DNA of 64,000 nucleotides from Phoronis australis (lineage: Eukaryota; Animalia; Phoronida), in assembly GCA_002633005.1 (NCBI GenBank), contig NMRA01000138.1:124001-188000 (forward strand), read 5' to 3'. The position numbers and the translations under genes were made by a program. The notes beneath the pieces were generated by a model that was given only the letters and a program-made list of their open reading frames with translations, was not told the origin of the DNA and did not search any database. Positions 1 to 12,500 of the stretch are shown piece by piece. Every line of letters begins with the position of its first letter. The first letter of the stretch is position 1.

Positions 1-409
1 CCCCTCAAAAGCTGTTTTTGACTACTTGATATAAAAAGCTCTAAAATACTAGGAAACAATGAAATGCAATGTACTTACACATGGAAAATACCTGAACCTT
101 CCCTACTTATGGTAAGGTTTGTTTAATTTAGAACACAATATGGTGGAACACTAAAATTTTGTTTTATCGAAATTTTCATAAAAATAAGCAAGAAAAGTTG
201 AAAATTGACAGCAGTCATCAAAGAACATATGATGAAATCTGAGCGTTTATAACGATGCAGTCAATTTTTGAAAAATGAGAAAATAACAATTTTGTGAATT
301 TTGTCGAATTTGAATAAATTTTACTATAAAAACTACTCTTACAAACAACAACACTGTGACAGCTAAAACATTTAACATTCAACCACTCGTTTCACAATAT
401 TTGACTTAC

Positions 410-543
410 CAGCTGCCAGATTGTCATCAGATAATTGACCATGTCCATCAGACTCCACCCCCAGCTGCTGTTGTTGTCGCCTCATAGCACGTTGACGTAT
501 GGCGCGGCGTGCAGCTGACAACTGTACTGGGGCATCTGGCGTC
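410..543 (-). CDS. STARD9: Exon 21 ([44 protein letters not shown]); gene continues past the left edge
   Basis: 134 nt, phase 2/1. Acceptor gtgtttccAG, donor GTAAGT. Uses a different frame from supplied ORF 448..657. Confidence 0.85.
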
Positions 544-3500
544 CTGGAAACACAAGACGAGATGGTTCAAGTATCTATGTATAAAGACACTGCGAATAAT
601 GACATCATTGACCTTTTTGAAGCTTTTCAATATTTGAATTGACAGAATGAAGGGCAAAAGAAAAAGTTTGTCTCAAGACTCTCACAAAAACTTTGCATCA
701 AAATGTCAATCTTGGTAAACGACACAACAAAACATTCCAGGCTCACAAACTTGTCCCACACATTTTAACATCATCAGTTTAATCCCTAAATATCCATAAG
801 ATACTATGGCTGCATGTAACTGACTTTGCTTGTTCCCTCGAGTCAACAGACTAAGACGTATGATTGGTTTTCAATGACGACTTCTTGTTTATATACCAAT
901 CGGAGTCAACAGGCTAAGACATGTGATTGGTTTTCGATGATGACTTGCAGTTTATATACCAATCGGATGTCTTAGCCTGTCAAACAGGTGAAACTAGCGA
1001 AGTCAATAAAATGCAACCACTTTGACCTGGAATCTTCATGAATTTCAAGAACAACCTTACCACAACACGTCCCACAATTCAATGCACATAGGTACGTGAC
1101 ATTTGGGAAAGCATCAACACTATGTGTACCTAATGACCTTATTTTTGATAACGCTAAACATAAATAAGTTTAACTTCAGGAGCTGAACACTTTGCATTCA
1201 ACATGATGCACAAATGCCCACCTGGAAGCAAGCTGTTGTAAAACTTCTTTAAGAATTCTCATTCGTTCCTCAGTTGTCTCCCTTGACTCGTGTCTGCCAA
1301 TGCCATCTGCTCCAGTGGATTCCATTTCAGGTATGTCCCTGAAAAAACAAAACCACTCCATTGGTGATAAAATTAATATTTTATAAACCCCTTAAACTAA
1401 CTGATCATAACTACTAAATACATCCGGCAATGTTTTAGCACTGATCTTCAGTCATGTGATCTCTTTTGTACTCAAAGCACCCTCCATCTCCTCTTCATAA
1501 TTCATCCCTGGCCATTAATTTCATTGACAACTCATTTTTCATAGAATCATTTGTAGACCACAATGAAAATTAGAAAGCAATTTTTATAATGCACAAATTC
1601 CAAACCAAAATTTGCATTTCTACACAGTGAGCTTTACAAATGTATCAACTCACCTAAAAGCACTTTGATACAACTCCTCCAGAACCTGCTCAGATTCCAG
1701 GATATGACGAAGGTCACTTGGTGCTAAGTTTTCCAAAGATGTGTATTTCATAGGAGAATCAAGAGAACGCTCATCTGTTCCTTGGTCATTCTTGAGATCA
1801 TCACTGGCGGCCATGTTGGCAGCAACAGAGGAATTTTGCTCCAGCGATAATTGAACCCTATCTAGCGAATCCTCAGAAATCTCTCTTGCTTCACGTGGTG
1901 GCACGTTTATGGCACTAGGTGTGTCCTTTAATATCACAGGTGCACTAGAATCAGCGACTGCACTGCTGGTTTTAGTAAGCTCGTTTAATGAGTCAACTGA
2001 AAAAGCACTCAGGTTCCCATCTTCAGATAAGTTATACCTATCTATTATTCCTTTGCTGGTGTTAGTCACATCATCTGAACTTTTTAATTCATTACCCTCT
2101 GACAGAGTTAATGTCTGCTTTGTGCCATCTGGCAAAGCCCACAGCACAAAACACTCGGTATCAGAAGTCTTTTCTTCTGTATCACTCGTGACTAAATTAC
2201 GTAAATTCAGTCTCCTTGGACGGACACCTTGCGTCGATGGGAATGAGTTTCTGCGATGTTTCGGCTCTGCATCTGGGGTATTACTTCTCCCCACTGTCCT
2301 ACCATGACCACAATCAGGCGAGCTCTGTCGCAATGATTTTGCAAAGATATCGTGTGTTCTGTCCGTGTTTCGACGGAAAGGATCATCCAAACATGGTTCG
2401 TTTGGTTCCCCTCCTCTACCACTGCCGCCACCACCACTAAATCCTCCAGAAGAGGGCAGGAAGAACTCAACAGGGATGTCATCACTCTGATGACGACGTC
2501 TCTTTGGCAATATAATACTAGAACGACGAGGGCTCTCAACACTGCCTGTACGCGATTTGGTTCTCTTTAAATTCTTAGGAGAACCTTCATCATTTTCGAC
2601 ACAGTCTTTGCGGGCAAGGCGTTTCCGAGTAGCAAGAGATAGTGGTTTGTCTTTGGTTATGCGTGACTTAACATTAGTCAACTTGTCAGTTCTGTGTTTA
2701 TTGTCTATATTCATCGGATTAGATGGTGTATTACGTTTAGAGATCAACCTTGGTCGAAGGTGAGGTGTCGTTGCCTGTGTTCTTGCCTGGGAACTCTTGG
2801 TTGGAGCCCATAAGGGAGCACGTTGCTTCCGTTGACGTGATGAAGCTGAGCTACCTGAGCTGCTGTTGAGAGGGTCACCTAAAATAGAATTTTAAAGGTG
2901 CTTCAGTAGGCCTAATCAGAAGGCTTGAAACAATCTTGTCTGGAATACTTTCAACAGCCAGTAAAGTCACTTGTTTGAAAATCAACCCATAAATTAGAAA
3001 GCCCGGTTACTTTGGAAGAAGCTTTTCAAAGATATAAATTTCCAATTACCAAAGAAGCATGTAGAATCATTAATTACATAACTCTGCCATTGCTTTGTGT
3101 AGACTATGCTTTCGACAGAGAAGTGATGTTCATGTACAGTATTCTCCACTTATTTTGTAGGCAATAATTGCCAAAATAGTATTTTTAATATTTCTAGAAA
3201 CCCGAATAATCAGAAATTAACGAAGTGTTGCGTTTGTGACACCTGTTGGGCCTACAATGCAAATCATCCCACAAATGAAGCAAAATTTCTTCAAAATTTG
3301 TTTTAGTCCAGAAATTTTACAAAATAAAATTCCTCATCCCACATATTGTGATCCAAATACATAAAGAATCACCACAGTCCACTTTCCATAAATTCTTCTC
3401 TTTTTGCATTTTCGAACTAAAAAATTCTGAAAATTGGACAAAAGATCAAAACTCCAAAACCTCTCCATTTAAAGACTTGCCAGTAACCTCCAGTTACGAC

Positions 3501-6500
3501 CAGAATATATAAGGGCCAGTTTTTAGCGACTTCAGTTTCCAAGAAACAAGATAACAGTTATGTGAGAGACTAATGACTCTTACTACCACTAAGTTCTCTA
3601 CTAGTCAACTTATGCTTCACAGTGGACAACTGTAGAATAAAAGTGCACAATTGATGAGAAGAGTCTCATGTGGTGCTTAGACTGGGCAATTTAGACAACA
3701 GTACAAAATGATGCCTAATTCTCTACTATTCAACCAGTCACTGTCATACCTGACATCCCAGACGCTGGGCGTGATGACAGACTCGTTTCACTAACATCCG
3801 AGCTCCTCCTGGACTGAGTGAATGTCCCATAGCCACTCTCAACAACATCACTTTGGCACATGTTTGGTGACTCTGCTAAATCTAGTCCTGGTTCATTGTT
3901 GTCTATTTGGTCTAAGCTATTTTCCTCGTCTTTATCATTGAGCATTAATTCATATTTTGACACAAGATCATTTTCTGAGTCCGATTCTGTGACCTCTTGA
4001 TCACATTTATTGTCTTTTTCTGACTCTTCATTCACAACCATTTCAGCATCAATTCTTTTTTCAAAAGATTCGATAAATGACTCTGTTTCGGGGTCAGAGA
4101 CTTGTCTCTGCAATTGACTCATAGGTGGCGCTGACTGGCATCTTGTCTGATCAGCTGTGGATGATGCAAGATTGACAGTATCTAAATCTTGACTTGTGGA
4201 AAGAAAGAATTTCACTTCATCGTGTTCACTATGTTCAGACAGAGTTTCTGGAATGCTAACTAAACTGCGAGATTTGGGCACAGCCAATCGGGATTTAGCT
4301 GGCAACGTTTGCGGCCGCAACTTTGCGCTCCTGCTGGCACTAGAGGAATCAGTGTCGGAACACTTGCGTAATTTGGCTTGAATAAAGTCCAATGAGCCCG
4401 TAGAACGAGTAACAAGGGGAAGGCCTAAGAAATGAGGTCTCTTTTTGTTAGCTCGGACAGGACCTTGAGTTGTCGCTGGTGCCGGTTTCTTATCGTTTGC
4501 ACTGCCTTCCCCTGAATTTTGGTCCACATTCTTAGAATCAGAGACAGTCTTGTGTGAAGATTTTTTACGATCAAATGGTTTACTAGCAGTCTGTTGCTTG
4601 CCTCCAGCATCTGGACTGCCACGTCTATTGTTCCTTCCCTTATCCGTAGCAGCAGACCGCGATGGCGAATTATTTTTAACAGGTGAATGACTTGACAAGC
4701 GGGTTTGTGCCTTAGCATCAGATTTAGTCTCTTTTGGGTTCAAACTTTTGCCAGAGTGAGGAGACACTCGTGAAGGAGAAACATGTGACGACGTCACCAG
4801 TGGACTTGACTTAGTCCTAGTCCTCGACCGTTCATGTACAGATACCTCCGGTGAGGGCCTCCGTGGAGGTTTATATGGGAATTTCACTTCAGAACTGAAA
4901 CCACCTTTATCACGTTTTCGACTTTCAACTTTTGGACATTCTGCTTCTTTTCGTTCAGGTGCCTTATATTTGAACTTCACCTCCTTTGGAGCACCGTAGA
5001 GTCTCGATACAACATTGTCTGCCTTGGCAGATATTTTCAATTTTTTCTTGAAATTCTCATCCAGTTTCTTTTTCAGTTGTTGTTTATATTCCGGGGATGC
5101 CGCTCTGCTAGACCTACGACTACTAGTATTACTGTGCGGTTGTGACTCATCATTTCTTTTGATCTTGACATCAGTACACGGACTTGTAGCAGAGTCTGTC
5201 AGTGATTGCCCACTTTGACAAGTTTTTTCTACATTCAAAGAAGCCGAATCAGGTGTCTGCGGAAGCTCATCAGTGTCCATTTCACTGCTATCAATCTCAA
5301 AGCTGCCGGATTCCACATCAATATCAACTGATCTGCCATCAGGACTATATCGCTCATCATCAAGCAGACAATCATCTGATGTCTCATCTGATTGCGAACT
5401 TGTCGGAGTCCCTGAACCTTCGCCAAGATACCTCTCCAATACTCGTTTCTTTTTTTCAATACTGCAAACAAAAGACAAATCTAAGAGAAAAAACAATCAG
5501 ACCTCTGGACTCTATACCTATCAAAAATTATATTGTCAACTTTGTTAAAGCCTCAGTGTACGTAAAACTTAATCAAAACATCTTTGTGTTTCATTCAAAA
5601 ATAAGTTTCTAAAATTCATTCAAATGAGTGATTATTTTACATTATCAATTTGATGAAAATTATCACATAAATACAGAGCACTATGACATAAAGTGATAAC
5701 AACATAAGCTGATCTTAACCCAATGACGGGAGCAGGTGACTAGTGTCAAGAAAGATGTAGTTATCAGATAACAACACCATTAGACATTAAGAACAAAATA
5801 AATGACTTAAAACATATTCAGTATGTAGATAAGTTGAGAGTTGGTGACATAGGGAAGGTGCTAAGTGCCAGACAATGACAGGCTCTAAAACATCGTTACA
5901 AAAACAGTTTGGTACAAAAATTTTATATACAGACATTTTTACAACCAACAAAACCAGTCAAGTATTTTCAAGAATTACCAAATGGATGATAACACCTGTA
6001 TTGCTGTGGTTTTCAATTAAAAACAAGTTGTTACGATATGTACGTGAAGAGGTGTCAAGGTTGCTAAATGCTTTAAAGAACATATGTCAAGCTGAGAATG
6101 GTTTGATGCAAACCTTTTTGGTTATATCAGGTCAGCACCGTAACATAGTTATGTGGATTAACAAGACATGATGCCAGTTATACACACCATTGTTTAACGT
6201 CTTAAAGACAAAATTTTTTGCTCATTTGTTGTTAAAGCACCATGCAGCACAGCACATGTTTGAAAATCATAGTTTTGGGACATATTTTAGGACGGAACCA
6301 TTTATTTTTACATTTCCTTAGTTACTGTTCCTCATTACACATCCATGGACAAAATGGAGTTCATTGATTGGTTGAATACAGTGATTCATCACCAACTAAT
6401 TCCAGTATGAAGTTTGTGATACCTGTTTGACCTAATTTGTAAATCATCTGTTTGTACAATTGCAGATTGATTATGTCAGAAAATATTAAAAATTACTTTA

Positions 6501-9500
6501 TTTTGCAGTTACTAAAATTAGCTTGGCACAGCGAGGAAACGCAAATTGCACTTTTAAATTAGTTTTGAATTGAATCTAAATAGAACTTTCAAAGCATATA
6601 AGTAATTAAAGATAGTCAGCAAACTGCTAGAAACATCCTCAAACTTAACTTTTACAACACACAACTGGCAGTCAAATTATCCTTCAAGCAAACAGATTCA
6701 ACAAACGTGCATCACTAACCTGCGAAGACGCTCCGTCTGCGCAGATATCTCTGCTAACTGCGACGCATCTTCTGTGTGATAGTCCTCCTCAATCTGATGC
6801 AGACGTTTCCTCTCACTGGCAATCATCTCAATATCGCTCACCATCTGCTGCTGAAAGTCGTACCGTTGTTGTTCTAGTTTATTCTCCTCCTCCTGTTCTC
6901 GGTACTTCTGCACCAACTCTAGTTGAGTTAACTCTTTCCGTTTTCCCTCAATTGAGATCTTGCGCCGGCGAATTTCCTTACCGTCATTGCCACCGATAGG
7001 CAGGTCGCAGACATGAGATTCTGTCTGTGTCTCCATACACATGACGGCTTCATCAGCCTCAGTTTGAACAGCAAGTTCTCCATAAGTGCCAACATTGGAA
7101 CGAATGGTTTTCTCAAGGACTAGCACTCGTTCTAATTCAGCCTCTAGTATTTTTTGATCTGGAACATATGAAAAATACTTCAAGCGTGCCTCACGACAAA
7201 ACACACCCGACAGAAATTTCACAAGAGGCCATCCGAGCATATTTCTAACTTGCAGGAAACTATCAAATCTTTAATGACACGACTATAGAAAACAGCTAAA
7301 CTACAATATAATTTCTTTCACATGAAGGACAGGATTGAGAAGCTTCACCCACTGCAAAACTATTTTACAGAAAACAGAAATTTGCAAATAAAATAGTCAC
7401 GGATAAAAAGAAAATTTCTCCCAAGAACACAGCATTAACCACAAATTTTTACAATTGTTCAGGAATAATGTATCAGTGGTCTTTATACAGACATAAATAT
7501 GACAAGCTGTCACTCACGTTTCTCTCGCTCTTGCTCCAGTTTCCTTCGAGATTCCGCAATCTCCTCCTCTGCAATTAGCCTCTTTTTCTCACTCTCTTCT
7601 AACAGTGACTTCAGGTGGCGCTGCTGTGCCTCATACTCCATGCGACGTCTTTCATGTTGTCTGTACATTTCTTCCTCTCTTTCTGATCGCTCAATTTCAG
7701 CTTTCCTCTGCTGCTCCCTCAAACGATGCACCTCATCCCTACAAATGCATCGGTGATAAAACTACGACTTCATGAACATATTAAGAAAAACAAGTAATCA
7801 ATTTCTGCCATAGAAAATCTACATATTTGATAAAAATCAGTGTTGGTGTTGTCAAACTATTTTCCAATGTGGTGCTGGCACAAAAAGGAGCATAGTTCTA
7901 GAAACAAATAAGAACATCTGAAAATCAATGAACACAGCAGAAAATAAGACACAAGTGCTGATTAAAAAATCCTTGATATTTCTCTCTTTGAAAACAACAT
8001 TCATAGGTACACGGAACTTTCTGCTATGCACCAAACGTGTATCAAAAGCATGTTCTCTACTGACCTATGCTGACGTGCTACCTAAGTACACTAAGTATAG
8101 TGATGAAGTACTAGACAATCTAATAACAGACAATGTTAAACTGATTAAAACACACAAGAACGCTTGAAAGAAGCTGTCAAGTTAGACACCCCAACTTGAC
8201 AAAGATTGACTCAAAGTCGTCAATTAAGGTTCAGAACACTGCTGTTTCTGATCTGTTGCAGACAAAATCAGTAACTGAGACAAATGTCTATAAAACCTTC
8301 CCCCAAATCAAAGCAAAGCTACAAAATGTACACAGGAACCCAGCAACACCAGTCTTGACTACGGGCAAGTCTGTATTCCCAAGACCAGCTATCTGTCAGT
8401 GTTTTCACACACCAAGTGATGTTCTCCCTGTAGGTCCATTGATAACACTACACATGGGGCCAAGCATTGATGTAGTAATCCTATTCAGAGAGTCATAGGG
8501 CAAATAATGGTCCCATGATTTATTTATCACACTTCACTGAGAACACACACTAATGTCAACAAAAGCAGTGGTTGAATAAGACTGGAAATCAGAACTGACA
8601 TTTTCAGGTAACTATAGTTGTGCCCAGAAAAGAAACCCCACTCTATGTTTGTCTTGGTTTAACAAAGTAGAATTCAAATTTTCATCTTTATCATTATTTC
8701 AATAAGGTAACCACAGAAGAATCTCACTGAACTGATAACAATATCATTATGAAGCAGGTGAAGGAGACAAATTTGACAGACACATCCTTATCATTAATGT
8801 TTGTCTTAGTTAAAGAGTTTTACAGCTTCAAATTTATAACGGAAAGCACTTAAAACACCATCAGTGTGAACTAGTAATTTCATAAATTTTACCAGTAATA
8901 AAGAATTCTGAAAATGGGTATAATGAAATTAAGACTTGCAGGTGATCATTACAAACAGACAAGAATGAAGCTAAAAGCATTACGGAGGACACTAGAAAAA
9001 TGGGGAAATTTGGTTAACCTGGGAACATCATATCTGGCAGATTTGGATTTATATGAAACTCTCAGATATTAGGCTTTATGCATTGTTCCCCAAAATGTTC
9101 TAAAGAATTGTTTTCAAAATGTTCCATTTTTGTATGACGGTTATAAAAAACGGTATTTCTGTGATGTTCATGTAAAAATAAAAAAATCTCAAACATTGTA
9201 TTAAATGAAAACAAAATAATTTGTAAGACTGTAACAGTGTTTTTAAGATTTCATCTTGAACACTTCTATTAAATAATGAAATTTGGTCACGTTATTGATA
9301 CTTTTGTTTTGCTATCAATGTACCTGTTCTTTTGCAAAATTTTACTCAATGTACATTATCTCACGACCTAATTAATGACTGATAAAAAGTCAAAAATCAA
9401 GTTCTAAGAAAATAGTTACTTTAACTGAGTTAAAATATAGTTTTAGACATTTAGCTAAATACAGACTTGCAGATAAAGTACAACTTGACCCCAAGAATTG

Positions 9501-12500
9501 CTTAATAGACACAAAATCACATGCTCTTGCTAAGAGAACATTATTTTGAACTTGCAAAAACCCAAACTGCAAATGTCTAAAACTGCCATACACAACTTTT
9601 GATTTTCTTTTCCAACAACTGAAGACAAACTACACCAGAATAGTTTTGAATTCATCATTAACTTGTATGTGCAGAAGACTGTTGTACTAGCAGTGATGGG
9701 AAGAACATTTAAGGAGATATAGAGTGGCTTGAAATGTCATACAACTTGCATCATGAACTGTGGTAAAGTCTCACCAATATAGGACCACACAACAGAAATA
9801 CAGGATTTGTAGCTCTGCAAGTGTTTTGCTATTGTTCAAGTTCTGTACATTTTGAAAACTGAGGCTATTCACAACGCTGATAGAAAACCTTGAAAAATGA
9901 AAATGTGTCAATTTCGACAATTATTTTTGTCCACGAATAGCGAGATTTCACCATAATAGTGCAACCAAGGGGCTAGCTTTTTGAAGAGCCTTTGAAGAGT
10001 GTCATTTGTGTTTCTGGTAGAAATTTTTGTCTTATGACTTTGAGCTGTCAACAGACTTTCTGACTTTGAGCTGTCAACAGATTTTCTGACTTTCAGCCAT
10101 AGCTATATGTAGATTGATTTTTAGTCATAGGACAAAATCTATTAGATCCTTCAAGAAACAAGCCCCAGCCAAGGGAAGTCTGTATAAACAATAGCGGATG
10201 CATGGTATGCGAAGAGACCCGTGTGTACATATGACGCAGAAAGGAGGAAGTCAACAGTGCAGTGTGTCATGTGCTCCCTAAATTTACAAAAACAAGCAAG
10301 ATGATATAGTGTTTGATTGGCACAGTTAAGTACCAAAAAGCAGGTCATATTTTTTAAGAAGCAATTTGTAAAACAAAAAGATGTTAGATATAACCTAAAG
10401 CTACCCATAAGACACCACACACAACGTTACAGTAACGGTTATGTGAAAACTGTTAATCCAAGTATTGCAGTACTGCGAAAAAAATGGTAAACAAACTAAC
10501 CTGTTGTAGAAGGTGGACAAATTCCTAAGGATAATACACAATGTTACTTAGCAAACAGGTTTTCTAACTCCCTAAACACCTCAAGTGTAATGTCACCACA
10601 AGAACACTAGGATTGGAAAACACCTGCCACAACTTGGCAGGGTACAACTACAAACCACTAATGGCTACTGGTACACTCTAATTAAGGCATGCATCTTATT
10701 ACAAAAGCGGCCTATTAACCTTATTTTCCTAAAATACATTCACAGAGTCATAATTATCTTCTTGATGTTCAAGATTCCAGCTATAATTTCCTCGAAACCA
10801 ATACCTTGCATCTAATTCTACAGGTAGGTATCAAAATACAAATGCAGAAAATCACTATTGAGTACACCAAGGAAGTGTTTAGAATATGGGTTTCCTTTCT
10901 ACATAATCAATAAATTAATATGGTGTTCACGTTGACAATAGGCTGGTATTAGTTGTTATCACATATCTATTGGCCTTGGTCATGCAGTCATACATGCCCA
11001 GTACACACAATTCTACTGATCAATGTGTTTACAAATGGTCTACACTCCTAACAATATCTAAAATGAACAGGGTAAGCTGAATTAAAAGCTTTAGTTTGTC
11101 AATGATTGTGGAAAGAATTTCAAGTCACAAAGACTGGGCTTACATACAGTTCAAATCATACCAGAAGGACCAAAGGGGACAGAAACCTGGTTATCAAAAA
11201 AAGAATACCAGCAGTCAGATTGACTTTATGAAATGGCAGTGTGGTAAGAACAAGAACTGTTTTGCTATCCCAAATCAGTCCCCTGCCTTACTGTGTTATT
11301 TCATAAAAATAACAAATGCTGGGTCTCTTACTTGGTGACTGGCAGGTTGCCAATACAGCATCAGATTCTATTTCCCCGACCTGGTAAAAATCCTAAATCG
11401 CAATAAAGACATCCAAGAAGCACTAAAAATACAACAGGAAGTAAAGACAGGAGTTGGAATCATTAGGCAGAAACTAGACGGGCCTGTTCATGACTCATGC
11501 ACAGACAACAAGTCCTAATCGCCTGCTTTTCCCTTAGGTAAGAGGGTGAGCCTAGGTGGCCAGAATATTGGGCCCAAGGAAGAAATAGCTCATTTACAAG
11601 GAACACGGCATACATATTAATTTCCGTTCAACAAAAAAAACGAAAAGGCAATCTCGGGTGAATCAGTTTTCCAATTCATTTTCTACTGTTGCAAATTATT
11701 CATTGTAGGTGCCCGGACTTTCCCCACACCTACATATGGAGATTTCTATTTGGCGACCCCATTTCTTGCTTGGGGAGCTGGTAATTTTACAAGGTGGTAT
11801 TTGATGAGTTGGCACTATTTTAATCATCCTTGAGCCCTGTGACTGTTTTAGAACAAAGCAGCATAAGTTTGAAAATACCAAAGGTTACACAACATCCTAA
11901 GATAGAATGTATTCACAGCAGCCACACTGCTGTTTACTGAATCAACAGAAACTTATCAAATCCAGATTTAAACAAGAGAAACTAACCTTTGCCTGTCCAA
12001 GTATAACAGATGTTGGCAAACAGATAATTCAACACCTGTGTATATACACAATACTGACACAGAAACAACTAATTACTGTGTATATTAATGCAACACTGCT
12101 AACAAATAAAAACATTCATCTTGCAGAGTAATGGAGTAGTTATCTTGAAGATAATTGAACAGGGAACACCAGCCAGTGGTAACCTCACATACCATCTCAA
12201 CTATGTATAATTTAACAGGGAACACCAGCCAGTGGTAACCTCACATACCATCTCAACTATGTATAATTTAACAGGGACACCAGCCAGTGGTAACCTCACA
12301 TACCATCTCAACTATGTATAATTTAACAGGGACACCAGCCAGTGGTAACCTCACATACCATCTCAACTATGTATAATTTCTGTCTACAAGAGAGTCTGAG
12401 GGTCAAAGGCTAAAAAAGCTGGAAATCATGCCATGCTGCTAGCCATAACTAAGGAAGCACTTGTGAAAACATTAATGCACTGGTTCGATAAGTACTTGAT

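Noticed and set aside
448-657. Supplied 69-aa ORF as the exon reading frame
   Set aside because: Splice phase from exon 20 requires a different frame (TPDAPVQ...), which stays open to the GTAAGT donor at 409.
1909-7756. Plus-strand and alternate-frame ORFs such as 1909..2307, 2207..2542, 5202..5612 and 7499..7756
   Set aside because: They are shadows of the real minus-strand exons; the Ser/Leu/Phe-rich composition is what antisense of E/K/R-rich coding sequence gives.
11491-11844. Possible third 5-bp-duplication element (tgact ... gagccctg tgact)
   Set aside because: The left end catgcacaga does not match the right end as an inverted repeat.
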